The translations under genes were made by a program, and so were the position numbers. Shown here piece by piece: positions 37,127 through 49,959 of a stretch of 64,000 nt of DNA. The notes below the pieces were generated by a model, which searched no databases, had not been told where the DNA came from, and saw nothing but the letters and a program-made list of their open reading frames with translations. Numbering within the stretch: position 1 is the stretch's first letter; every line of letters begins with the position of its first letter. The DNA comes from Hypanus sabinus (lineage: Eukaryota): assembly GCF_030144855.1 (NCBI RefSeq), contig NC_082731.1, positions 27,528,001 to 27,592,000 on the forward strand. The letters are read 5' to 3'.

Positions 37127-40100
37127 GTAAATTTCTAAATGCACCAGGGATGCCAGGTGGGAAATAGGGGCATGAGAGCCGATTAGGTGGGCGGAGGTAC
37201 AGCAGTGGATGATACATTGGGAAAATGGCAGAATATGTGACACTGGTGGGGGTACAGAGGAGGGGAGAGAAAGGCAGGGTTAATGCTTGGGAATGGGGAG
37301 CATGGGATGGGGGTGTGGTTAGTGAAGGAGAAGAGGGAGGTGAGGAAGTGGGTATTATTGTTATGAAGCTCGAAGGTGACATGAGGAGGGGGAGTGTGGT
37401 GGAGTGTGCGTTTTGGATCTTGCTTTGTCAAATTTTATAAATTAAAAGTTGTGGAAAACATTGCCTGTAGCTTTTCTTTCAGTTTTCCACTGGAGATTAT
37501 GTCACAATTTGAAATTGTATTAATTAAAAACAAAGAAAAGGAGAAAATAAAATGACTGAGTTGATAAAAGTGAGGGAAGCCTTTCAGCCCATCTTAGTAC
37601 CCTCATCACTGCAGTGACTTCACCTGCCTCCAAGTACAACAAGTGGGTAATGCATCCCGGGACAAATATCGGAGAGATTCCCAGCCTGTAATATATGAGT
37701 GGAGCCCCACACGTACTGATCATGTTAATGAGGGATTTCTCAGTGTGAATACTGGGGTGCTGCACCCCAAGAAAGATATTCAGGAAAACACAGAGACTCA
37801 TTGGAAGAATTTCTCAGAACATCTCAGAGCCAGATTTTGATGTAACGTTTCATAGTGAGTATCTCAATCCCATAGTTCAACACATTATCCGAATTCTCCA
37901 CACTCCACGTTCCATAACGCTATGGGGACAGGAGCTTCTCCGTTGCACAAACAATCTCCCTTCAATGTCTCAGCTGAAAGGCAGCACCTCTGTCCCTCAG
38001 TACTACAGTGAACAGCCACGTCAGCCTGAATTTTTTATCTCAGGTCACTGAAAAGGGAATTAACAGCAGCAGTGCCCTGAAACAGAACTCAATCTGGGGT
38101 CCAAACATTTTGGTCTTAGCTGAAGTAAACTTTGTGCATCCTGTAGCATCCCCCATCAGAGAGTGTGGAGGTGTTGGTACAAGTACAGGTGACACAGAAC
38201 TGGGTATCAACAATGTAAATGTTTAAATGTGATGTCAGCAAGAGATCATTTTGAGAAAGTATTCCAATGCAGGAAAATACACCAGATACTGGGGTAAAAC
38301 ACACCAGCCGAAAACAAACGGATACTAGATTAATGCAAACCAAGAATAGAATAGAATACAACAGCTATTTCAGTGACGGACACCAGCACCTGATTTGAGC
38401 AGAGCAAGTCCAAGGAACAGACACTGGAGAAAGGGACACAGGACTAGATATTGAAGGAATACACCCTAGGAATAGACTTTGGGGAAAACTATGAAAGACC
38501 AGACAATGGGAAAAATACCCCATCTCAGGACCAGAAATTGCGGTAAATTTAAGAAAATCAATTGTGATTGATCTTCGGGAAGGTTGTGATTCCCATGTGT
38601 GAGAAAAAAAAATTAAAATCAGTTATTTGGAAGAACCCAAGAATCAGATTCCCAACACATCTCAGGGAATACACTGCGTTCAGTCATATGGGAAAATATA
38701 TATGGATCAGATTTTGAAGACTGCACCCAAAATCACGTATTGGAGGTGATTGCCTGTGCCCATAACCTGGAGTGCGGAGCAGGTCGTGAAGGGAATGGCA
38801 CTGAATCAGATACTGGGGAAGTTATTGGAGGAACAGGTGATGACTTGGGACCAGATCCTGTGGAGATTCCCCATGCCCATGCTCGTGTAAGCAGGACTGA
38901 CCAATGCAATTATTGACAGAGTCATTCCCAATGCTGTATCTGAGGGAATTCTATCACATGCAGTTTTATACAAACAGAAACAATTTATCAATGGAGTTTC
39001 CATGGAAACAGCTCAATACAATATCATGATGTGACTACATTAAGTAATGAACAGTAAAATAGTGAACTAATATCATTGACGTTGCAACCATCTACAAATC
39101 CAGGATGTGCAACAACTGAGGACCTTACCTTGCCACTGGCCTCTGCTTTCTTCCAGAAATGTTGCCTCCTGACCCTGGCCTTCCCTCTCCTTTCCCTCTG
39201 TGAGTACATGCTGCCAGTCCTCCAGTATATTATACACTCTCCATTGCTCATCCTGTTTGTGTCTCTGCTACTCTCTCTCTCTCTCTCTTTCTCAGCTAAT
39301 GGCTCTGACAGTCTGTACAAAGTGCAGGCAGCTTGTCAGAGCCAACTTCTGAATCCATGAACTTTCGGGTGGGAGGGAGAAATAAGACAGCAAATTGTAA
39401 TTCAAAAAGTCTGAAATGTGCACAGAGAAGCTGGAAGGTAAGAGAGGACAGGTAGAGAATGAGAGAAGCAAGGAAGGGCAAGGAGGGAATGATCACAGAG
39501 TAAGAGGGAGAGAAGGGGAAAGGAAGGAGTCTCTGCCATTTCTAAGGCCAGGCAAATGGACAAATGTCCAAATCCCGGCAAAGATCTTCACTTCCTGCTC
39601 TGCAACCTGTGTTTTGGGACGAGAAAGCTCCTCCACTTTGTGAATGCATGACTCTCCAAAACCTGATCCAATTATTTTTTCACATAACAGAGAATTAGGG
39701 GGTATTCCCACAGAGACAGACTGAGAATTGTTCCTTTGAATCTTATCCTGGGGCTTTATCCAAATAACTTCTGATACCAGGATGAAGGAGTCCTCTCATT
39801 GATGGGAATCAATCCCGTATTCCTGAGTATTAGATGACATGTCACACTAAAATAAATGGTTTTGCAGGGAGCAAAGAAGGTTAGCAACAATTACAGTGGG
39901 ATCTTGATCAGCTGGGTAGGTGGGCTGAGTAATTACAAATAGAGTATAATTCAGATGAGGATGTCTCTGAGCGAATGCAGAACATTCTCAGTGGGGAGGG
40001 TGAGCAGACAGAAGTGGTTGCACACATTGGCTCAAATGACAATAGGCAGAAAAATGGATGTGCTGCTGTGGAGTGAATAAAGGGAGTTAGAAAAGAGTTA

Positions 40101-40180
40101 AAATGTAAGACCCCAACTGTAGTAATCTCTGGATTATTCCCAGTGCCATGTCCTGGTGAGACTAAAGGTTGAACATATTG

Positions 40181-41351
40181 TATACCCTATCCTCATTATA
40201 TGCGGGGGATAAATTTCTTGCAGTCGACGCATAATGTGAAACGCACAATGTGAATAATTATTCAAATAGAGAAAATAGGGATACGTTCCAGACTGCTTCC
40301 TAAAAATGTTTTATCTGTAATTTGTTCACATTTTCATACCAATACAACACCAAAAGCAGTACCACAAGGCTACATTCATATTATATTTCATCAATTTAAG
40401 GTAATATTCAAGGTAATAAATCATAGAAAGTTAACACACTCGGGTGGATAGTACTCACCAACAGTGGCAGGTGTGTTTGCTCTGGGAGATGAGTGGATGT
40501 TGTGATATCAGGATCATATCAAACACAGCAAGGGGTGAGGGAAGACTCAGAACTCTTAGAACTCCCAGGAGCAGGAGATGACCCAAGTTTGAATAAAGTG
40601 GTGAGGGTTGTTTGCTTGGCACCATTTTGTTTTTCAGCTTAAATTTGCTTGCAGGGAAGAAGGGTTGATGGCAGGGAATGACAGAAATGCTCACTCAGTT
40701 CTAAACTTGGGTCCGTGTCCACTGGCATTTGTGCCATGTGTTCCGACTTCCACCTTTCCCTCACTGTTGAAAAACTCCCAGGATTTTCAAAATCGTCTGT
40801 GGCTTGCAGCATCTGGAGATAGTTCACCTTAAAAAAACGCCTTGAATGTGGATCACACTTTGGTCGAGTGGCTGAATCAGCAATGTTGTGTTAGGCAGCA
40901 AGAAACACACTGTTATGTTTGAAGGAATGCTGTCCAAATGTTTAGGATGGGCTGGCGCATTGTCAAGCAACAAAAGAACTTTAAAGGCAAGAATCTATTC
41001 CCGGCAGTAGCTGTGTTACTTACACCTGATGCCACTGTTCATAATTTCCAACTTTTTTTCAAGTGTTAAAGCGGTTCTCTGCCGCTAGGCTGATGGCCCA
41101 GGATATGACATCAGATGCTTAGGAGGCATAGTTAAATATTTCAAGGTCAAAATCACTGCACCATAGGTAAAACCAACAAAAGTTTAAGAGCACAAGTTCA
41201 CACATCCACACCTTGCCAAAACCAATGTGAGATTGGTGGGAGTGAGACTGTGAGGCGTGAGCACCTGACTTGTATTGGTGGGAAAGTGGTGCTGCTCACG
41301 TAACTGTGAATCCGCAAAGTCGGAAGACATATATAATGAGGATAGGGTGTA
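40181..41351 (-). mobile_element. Internally deleted Tigger/pogo-like DNA transposon
   Basis: TIRs of about 20 bp (taccctatcctcattatat / atataatgaggatagggtg) with TA at both ends. Minus-strand remnants are MPPK...TALTLEKKLEIM and KVLLLLDNAPAHP...LPNTTLLIQPLDQSVI. Confidence 0.88.
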
Positions 41352-41879
41352 CATTGCTGAAACCTTGCATATTCAATTATACAAGGAATTCAGTTCTCTG
41401 GACCATTCAGATGTTTTCTGCGACGAACATGATATGTACAAATAATTTTGCCCCTTAATTTAAGAAGGGCTGTAAATAAAAATAAAATGCTGGGAACTAT
41501 GGACTAGTGAACCCAATATCTGTGGAAGGAAGTTAATATAATAGAGCAAAAATCAGTGGGAAGTTAGAATGGGAAGATTTTAAAAACCACCAGAAGGCAA
41601 TTAAAAGTCTTAAAAGAAGCAGAAGATGAAATACGGAAATAAGCTAGCCAAGCTTAAGAAATCCAGCCACCAGTTCCAAAGGAAAGGAAAAGACTCATCT
41701 TCACCAAACCTTAAAACCTCTTTCCAGAGGGGAAATAACTCTCTGTAAAGCCTTGCTGCCATCATCTGAGGATGCAGACGGGGATTTGGACTCTAATTTG
41801 CCCGTTTCCATGAATGAGCTTTGTGAGCTGAGGGAGTGGACTCTGAGGTCTGCTGAATCACTCCTGCCCCAAATAAGCC

Positions 41880-44148
41880 TCAGCGGTCATCATCAAAGGA
41901 AGATCTGTAGGATATAGGAACACATAAACAGGTTGAAATTCCTTCTGTTTGCAAGAACTTGAGGGAGGTCTTAGGCAAGGTAAAAGCCTCAACTCTTCCA
42001 GTGCACTGACCATACGACTGTCTGATAGACATGTTGCCTGGTACCGGTCCCCCGGGGGTTGATTGTATGCACTCTCGGGCGTGCAGCAAAGCATAATGGA
42101 AGAGTATTTTGAGGAGGTTCTTGCTGCGGGCTTCATTCAGCCCTTCACCTCAACCCCCGTCACAAGTTTCTTCTTCATACAAAAGAAGGATAGGACCCTG
42201 CGGGTATGCATTGATCATATGGGATTTAACTGCCAAACGGCCAAAATTCGCTAAGCCCTACTGCTCATTAATATGGCCTTCGAGATGATCCAAGGAATGA
42301 GAGTATTTTCAAAACTAGACCTACGCAGCACATACAATCTGGTCCATATGAGTGATGCGTCGAGTGGAAGACTACATTCAATACACTGATGGGGCTTTAT
42401 GAGTACCCGGTTATGCTTTTCAGCCTTGTGAATGCTCCAGCCATTTTCCAGGCCTTTAGAAAGAACATGCTCTGAGATACTCCACGTAAGTATGCCATCG
42501 TCTACTCAGATGATATTCTTATCTTCACAAAGTCCATAGAGGAGAATTTCGTTCATGTCAGGGCTGTTAAAGAATCTTCAAGTTGGAGAATCCTAGTTGC
42601 ATTTTTGGGGGTCATCATCTCCAATGGTAATCTCAAGATGGACCCTACCAAGACCCAGGCTGTCAGAGACTGGCAACCACCATCTAGCATCAAACATGTC
42701 CAAAGATTCCTGGGGCTTGCAAGCCTCTACTGGAAGCTGATCAGGAACATCAGCTCAGTAGCAGCTCCAAATATGTCACTAATTAGGAATTCCACAGACC
42801 CTTAAGTCTGTAGCAGAAGCTACTTTTATCGACCTGAAACAGTGGCTCGCAAGAGCTGCCATCTTGGTTTCTCCTAACCTGAACTTTGCTGTCATCATGG
42901 AGATGGGCACCTCAGATATCAGAGTGGGTGCCATCTTGTCTTAATGATCACCTTTGCACAACTGCACCAACATTCTTCTCCAGGCGGAAATCTCCAGCAG
43001 AGAGGAACTATGACAACGGGAATCAGCAGCTCCTTGCATTTAAGATAGCTTTGGAGGAATGGCATCACTGGTTCAAGGGGATCATGAACCCTTTTATCAA
43101 TTGGACTGATCAGAAGAACCTGGCTGATATTCAGGAGGACAAGAGGTTGAATTCGAGGCAGGCCAAGTGGTCTTTGTTTTTTAACTGCATTAAATTCATC
43201 CTAACCTCAGGACCGGAGTCAAAGAACCAAAGCCAGATGCCCAGTCCTGTCATTTCGATGAACCAGAATGAGAGGAGCAGCCTGCCACCATTTTACCACA
43301 AGCCAGGGTGGGAGAACCAATTCATTAGGGAAATCAACACTCTTGTTCAATAGGTTACAGTATGGGGGGTGGAGTGGATTTCTGAGAATGGCCTTCTGGG
43401 TCAGCTGTTTGTCCCAAGTTCTATCTGGACCCAGGTATTCCAATGGGGATATTCACTGAGAATTACTGCACTCCCAGGACTCTCAACTTTATTAAGAGGA
43501 CTGTAGGTGGCACAGATGTCTGAGAAACTTTGGCAGTTCATGCAGGCATGCAAGGTGTGCACTCGAAACAAGCAGACCCACACCTCAAGGGCTCATCCAC
43601 CCCCTACCTGTTCCAGAAAGACATTGGACACACATCTCTGTGGACCTTTTAACACGGGTCTCCCACTATCTAGGGGGATATCGGTCATGATGGCAATTGT
43701 CATTGGTTTTCTAAAGCTTGCAATCCATTGCCTTGGAGAAGCTACCATCTGCAATGGAGATGGCTGAAATTGTTCTGGACCAAGTCTTCAGTATCTACAG
43801 ATTCCCGGTGGACACTGTCTTGGATCATGGTTCACAATTCACATCACATCTCTGGAGGGCATTGTGTAAACTGATAGGGGAACCAGCAAGCCTTTCCTCT
43901 GGGTTTCACTCCAAACCAATGGTGAGACCGAGCGAACCAAACAAGAACTTACCTCAAGATGCCTGGCCTCAGAAGGACCTGATGAGCGGTGTGACTATTT
44001 GATGTGGGCAGAGGTCACCCAGAACACTTTACAGCATTCATCACATGGGATGTCAGTTTGGTTATCCTCTGCCTCTTGTTCTGGTACTGTAGGCAGAGGT
44101 TGAGGTCTCTGCAGCCGAAGATTTCATCCAATGCTGCAAGCAGAAATA
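41880..44148 (+). mobile_element. Decayed chromoviral Gypsy pol copy 2
   Basis: FFFIQKKDRTLRVCID, MDPTKTQAVRDW, NYDNGNQQLLAFKIALEEW and KLPSAMEMAEIVLDQVF. Homologous to copies 1 and 3. Confidence 0.88.
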
Positions 44149-46030
44149 ACCATATAACCATATAACAATCACAGCACGGAAACAGGCCATCTCGGCCCTC
44201 CTAGTCTGTGCCGAACTCTTAATCTCACCTAGTCCCAACTACCCGCACTCAGCCCATAACCCTCCACTCCTTTCCTGTCCATATACCTATCCAATTTTAC
44301 CTTAAATGATAACTGAACTGGCCTCTACTGCTTCTACAGGAAGCTCATTCCACACAGCTATCACTCTCTGAGTAAAGAAATACCCCCTCGTGTTTCCCTT
44401 AATCTTTTGCCCCCTAACTCTCAAATCATGTCCTCTCATTTGAATCTCCCCTACTCTCAATGGAAACAGCCTATTCACATCAACTCTATCTATCCCTCTC
44501 AAAATTTTAAATACCTCGATCAAATCCCCCCTCAACCTTCTACGCTCCAATAAATAGAGACCTAACTTGTTCAACCTTTCTCTGTAACTTGAGTGCTGAA
44601 ACCCAGGTAACATCCTAGTAAATCGTCTCTGCACTCTCTCTATTTTATTGATATCTTTCCTATAATTCCGTGACCAGAACTGTACACAATATTCCAAATT
44701 TGGCCTTACCAATGCCTTGTACAATTTTAACATTACATCCCAACTTCTGTACTCAATGCTCTGATTTATAATGGCCAGCGTTCCAAAAGCCTTCTTCACC
44801 ACCCTATCTACATGAGACTCCACCTTCAGGGAACTATGCACTGTTATTCCTAGATCCCTCTGTTCCACTGCATTCCTCAATGCCCTACCATTTACCCTGT
44901 ATGTTCTATTTGGATTATTCCTGCCAAAATGTAGAACCTCACACTTCTCAGCATTAAACTCCATCTGCCAACGTTCAGCCCATTCTTCTAACCGGCATAA
45001 ATCTCCCTGCAAGCTTTGAAAACCCACCTCATTATCCACAACACCTCCTATCTTAGTATCATCGGCATACTTACTAATCCAATTTACCACCCCATCATCC
45101 AGATCATTTATGTATATTACAAACAACATTGGGCCCAAAACAGATCCCTGAGGCACCCCGCTAGTCACCGGCCTCCATCCTGATAAACAGTTATCCACCA
45201 CTACTCTCTGGCATCTCCCATCTAGCCACTGTTGAATCCATTTTATTACTCCAGCATTAATACCTAACGACTGAACCTTCTGAACTAACCTTCCATGTGG
45301 AACTTTGTCAAAGGCCTTGCTGAAGTCTATATAGACTACATCCACTGCCTTACCCTCGTCAACATTCCTCGTAACTTCTTCAAAAAATTCAATAAGGTTT
45401 GTCAAACATGACCTTCCACGCACAAATCCATACTGGCTACTCCTAATCAAAATCCTGTCTATCCAGATAATTATAAATACTATCTCTAAGAATACTTTCC
45501 ATTAATTTACCCACCACTGATGTCAAACTGACAGGTCTATAATTGCTAGGCTTACTTCTAGAACCCTTTTTAAACAATGGAACCACATGAGCAATACGCC
45601 ATTCCTCCGGCACAATCCCCGTTTCTAATGACATCTTAAAGATCTCCGTCAGAGCTCCTGCTATTTCTACACAAACTTCCCTCAAGGTCCTGGGGAATAT
45701 CCTGTCAGGACCCGGAGATTTATCCACTTTTAAATTTCTTAAAAGCACCAGTACTTCCACCTCTTTAATTTTCATAGGTTCCATAACTTCCTTACTTGTT
45801 TCCCACACCTTACACAATTCAATATCCTTCTCCTTAGTGAATACCGAAGAGAAGAAATCGTTCAAAATCTCTCCCATCTCCCTCGGCTCCACACATAGCT
45901 GACCACTCTGATTCTCTAAGGGGCCAATTTTAACCCTCACTATCCTCTTGCTTTTAATATAACTGTAGAAACCTTTTGGATTTACTTTCACCTTAATATA
46001 ACTGTAGAAACCTTTCGGATTTACTTTCCA
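44149..46030 (-). mobile_element. Young 5'-truncated CR1 LINE with near-intact RT
   Basis: A 382-aa open frame carries the full RT motifs (DFSKAFDKVPH, GVPQGSVLGP, YADDTK), with a single frameshift to the upstream 229-aa frame. There is a (TATGGTTA)n tail and a ~40-bp tandem duplication at 45956-46030. Confidence 0.95.
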
Positions 46031-46128
46031 AAAGACATTAGCCTTCTTGTCTTCTCGCACTATCAATTGAGCCCCTGCTCTTTTCACACTCAGCCCATTT
46101 CTGGTGCATTCTAATTTTAATTCCAGTT

Positions 46129-48631
46129 TCAATAAGGCATTCTGCCTAACAAATTAATCGGAGTTCTTTTAAATACTAGCACTGGCAAAACAATTCCTTT
46201 ATTTCCCATTCTCAACCGCACTGGAGCTGTGCACTGTGTCAACTGTGTTTTCCCCGAGAACCCTACTGTCTTAATAAACTTTCCTGACATGGGAAGGTGA
46301 AGGGCATACTGTGGTTGTACACAAGTGTACGTGGCTCCAGTATCTATCATCACTGGTGTCAGTTGCCCTTCTAACATAACCTGAACAATGGGTTCCTCGT
46401 CTGCCTCCCTTGTTATCATTGGGTAATGTCCCTTCCCACTCGAGTTCTCGGAGCACCCCAAACACCTCGCATAGGAGTTCACAGGTCCGCTTGGGCCTGT
46501 GGGGGCTCGACCTTGTCTAAACTTTAGTTCCCTTCTTATCAGTTCCTGCTGGTGTGTGACTGGCCATGGTGTAAACGGACAATCTCTTCTCATGTGACCT
46601 GGCTGATTACATCCCCAACACAATCTTTCTACCTCTCTTACCCCCTGTTTCCTCACTGGTCCCCTCTGCCCATAGCTCCTCTGACCCCTCCTTGGGACTT
46701 CCAGTCCTGTCTGGGCTGTTTGAATTTAGTCTGTTCCTGATAGGGCATTTGTGTGAATGCTCCCCCAAAGAAGTTTATTGACATGGGGTTTTCCAGCCCT
46801 TGTCTTACAGTATGATCGGTTCCTCCATATAGCAGTGCTTTGTCCAGTTCGATGGCTGTACTTGTACCGGTGGTTGCTGGTAGCATCTTTTTGCTTTTCT
46901 CTTTTTCCTTCTTTTTGAGTTCTTCGAGCTGCATTTGTATTAACTTTCTTTGCACCTCTTCCTGCTGCTCAGCCAACCTTCGTTTGTCTTTCCGGTATTT
47001 CTCAACCGCATGGACAACATGGCTCTAAATTCTTTTGGGGTCATTGATGTCAGCCCAACCACTTCCTCCAGTTTAGATTTTACTTGTGGAGGCATTGCAT
47101 CCAAAATGTTATGTCGGAACAGTGAGGTCATAAATAAGCTAATCTCCACCTCTTGCTCAGACTCCAGTCTCAACCTTTTCAACTGGTTTTCTACGTAGGC
47201 TGCTGGGTTTTCAGTGTCTCCCAGTGGATCCTCTTTTAAGGCTTTGGGGTCCACTTTGGGTGGATAAAGCTTCCTGAGGGCTTGCAATACACTCTGCCTC
47301 ACTCTGTCAAACCCATCTCCATCAGTTCTTGGGTCATTTGAGTTTACTATGCCAGCCATTTCCATTAGTTCGTTAAATTTGGAGGTTCCCATCAACCTTA
47401 TCAATAGTGCCTTCAAATCACCCATAGCCAATAATCGTCCCGCCGTTTCTTCTTCAAAGGCTCTAATCCATTTCCCTGCTCCTTCATGTAGATTGGGCAG
47501 AGTGTTTTTGAGCCCTTCTAGGTCCTGGGATCCGCAAGGGATATACTGCGCTTGTCCTGATCCTTTTACTAATAACGGCTTCATTCTTCCTCCTTCTTCC
47601 CAACTGCCCTGGCTCTCCTCCTCACCTGAATCCCCATCTGTCTCAGGGTATGTCTTTACTGCCTCCAACACAAATGACTCCAGGGTTCTCTTCTTCCCTC
47701 GGTCTCCCTGTGGAGTCCTTCCTTTCTATCTTGATTCAATACTTGGTTGGCCCCTGGAGTATTTTTTGCATCTCTCCTGGCAACCCCCTCTCAGTAACTT
47801 ATCTGGCTCTCTCTCTACTTCCGCAAGTCGCTCCCCTACCGCCTCCTTCTGCTCATCTAGGCTTCAGCCTCCTACCTCTTCCCCACAAATTCTCGCATCC
47901 TTTGTCTCTCCACTTAACTCTTGCTCCTACAACGAGTCACCATCATTTCTAGTCTGTTTATTTCTATAGTGTAACCGATACTCCTCATACTCCTTTCCCT
48001 CTCTCAAGTATTTCATCCGTTCAATCCCTTCTTCCATTTCTCCTGTGCCTGTTCCACCTTTATCCTTTCTGCCTCTATCTCCTTCCATATTGCCGCTGTT
48101 TCCTTCCCATATTGTTTTTTTTCCTCCTCATTATCCCAAACTTGTACTTCTCCCTGCATGTTTACTGTCCCCGTCAGCAAGGGGCACTGCTTAAGGGTTC
48201 CTTCCTCATTATAGGGAGGGGGCTTTACTGTTTCTTTCGCATCCTGGTAAGGAGCCGAAGGCAGCTTCTCACTGTACTCTCCTCTCTCTCTAACAGGCTG
48301 TTTCTCCAGCACCTTAGTGTCTTCCTCGCTTGTAATCAATATTCTACCTGTCCTCCTCAGCCTTTCTCCCTCCGTTCTGAAGAGTTTTAGCACTTCCATT
48401 TCTCGTTCTCTTTTTTGCCCTCTTTTCTTAGATTTATCTTTTGGTTTGTAATTTTTAATTAGTCCCTCCATTTCTTCGCACAAGCTTACATCAAACATTC
48501 CTTCTCTTGGCCACTTTGTGACCAGGTTTTTGGTTCTTTTTTCCCATTTTTCTAAAGTTTTTTGTGATCTCATATTTATTTATCAGGAATTTTTTGCTCA
48601 GAATCTCTACTGCCGTTCCTTTACCTGTCAT
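46129..48631 (-). pseudogene. ERV gag-pro (frameshifted)
   Basis: Starts MTGKGTAVEILSKK at 48631. Track ORFs 48013-48573, 46940-47671, 46653-46976 and 46129-46656 are consecutive pieces. Confidence 0.9.
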
Positions 48632-49277
48632 GTTGTTCTCTCGTTTTAAGGTATTTCAGAGATTCACAGTTCGTTTACTGGATAGTATTATATACTCTAA
48701 TTCTATGCCTAGTCTATCATCTATAAACCAGCGCTTTAAACTATATATTGGACTGTCCCCTTGTTTCCTATTCTGTTCTGCCCATACAGACCTCTATTCA
48801 GAGTGGTATCCACAGAACTTGCTCTTTGCACCTCGTCTATTCAGACCCTTATCTGTTAAGGTGGTATCCACGAGGATTTTCTCTATTTTCCTTTTCCCTG
48901 CCCGTTCAGACCTTCGTCTTATATGAAGCAGTATCCACAGAGATTTACAAACACCACGTGGAATTTTTCTTAACTTAACTTCTTATTAACTTATTTGTAC
49001 TTGCCCTCACTGCAGTGTTCTTGATCAATCCTCTGAGCCTCCTGTTAACCCCCAATTCTGCCAGATTCTTTGGACCGGTGAGACCCTTTGGCAGTGGTTC
49101 CACACTTCTGAGACTCCAAGACCTCCCCAAACCCAACAAAATTCTTAGTCCAAATTGTCGCAAAAAGCGCCTACCTTTTGTTTGGATGCACCCTTTATTC
49201 TGTTAGCCTTGTGGGGGTCCCTAGGGGACTGGGAAGCATCCCCAATCTCCTGTTTCCTTTCCACGGGTCTCTTTCCA

Positions 49278-49295
49278 GTCCTGCCGCGGTCGCCA
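49278..49295 (-). promoter_or_regulatory. ERV primer-binding site, tRNA-Arg(UCG)
   Basis: The plus strand reads GTCCTGCCGCGGTCGCCA, which is the 3' 18 nt of a vertebrate tRNA-Arg(UCG) as I recall it. It lies 4 nt from the LTR. Confidence 0.85.
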
Positions 49296-49299
49296 ATTT

Positions 49300-49758
49300 T
49301 GGCATGGTTTCTCGTGCCCCACAAATGACCAGGAGACGCAGAAGATTCTTCAAGAAGTATTAAACTTTAATTTGTTAACCAAAGCTGAGACAGTCATTGA
49401 GCTAGTCACTGATTACCCACCGATCCGTGGACATGGCATGTTTTATAGCAATCTCCTGGTTTAGTTGCATTAGCATATGCAATCGGTCTATAGTTGCTTA
49501 CCACATGTACATCCGCCACTATTGTTTCTACCCATTGACTTAATCATGTTCTAATTTACATCTCTTAGCTACCTCTCATTAACACACCATTATAATCTAC
49601 ATCTCTTAGCTAGCCTCTCATTAACACACCATTATCTTCTACATTGTTAAGATTTCATTCTCCTACTAAATTGGATACATGCATAGCAAATAGCACGCTC
49701 AAAGCTGACTACATAGTTTTGGTTACACAGCAAACAATGCAACTTTTATACTCCAATA
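49300..49758 (-). repeat. ERV LTR-B (459 bp), with PPT on one side (49761-49770) and PBS on the other
   Basis: About 90% similar to LTR-A and carries an extra ~37-bp internal duplication. The PPT reads AAAGGGGGGA on the minus strand. Confidence 0.9.
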
Positions 49759-49959
49759 TATCCCCCCTTTGAGACCCATAGCGTCTCACACAGAGAAAGA
49801 AGACTAAAGGGCCGCGCACAAAAGCCCCAATAAACTTATTCCCAAATCTCGGGTTAAACTATAATTTTCTGCGCCAAGACCTCAAAGTATTCTCTCCATG
49901 TTACACAGGGCCGCTGAGCCAAAAACATGTCCCTTTGTACTTGAGACAGGAAAAAAGAC

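Noticed and set aside
40455-40694. Hydrophobic minus-strand ORF ending at a gtgagt donor (possible leader exon)
   Set aside because: It lies inside the TIR-bounded Tigger element and is most likely transposon sequence.
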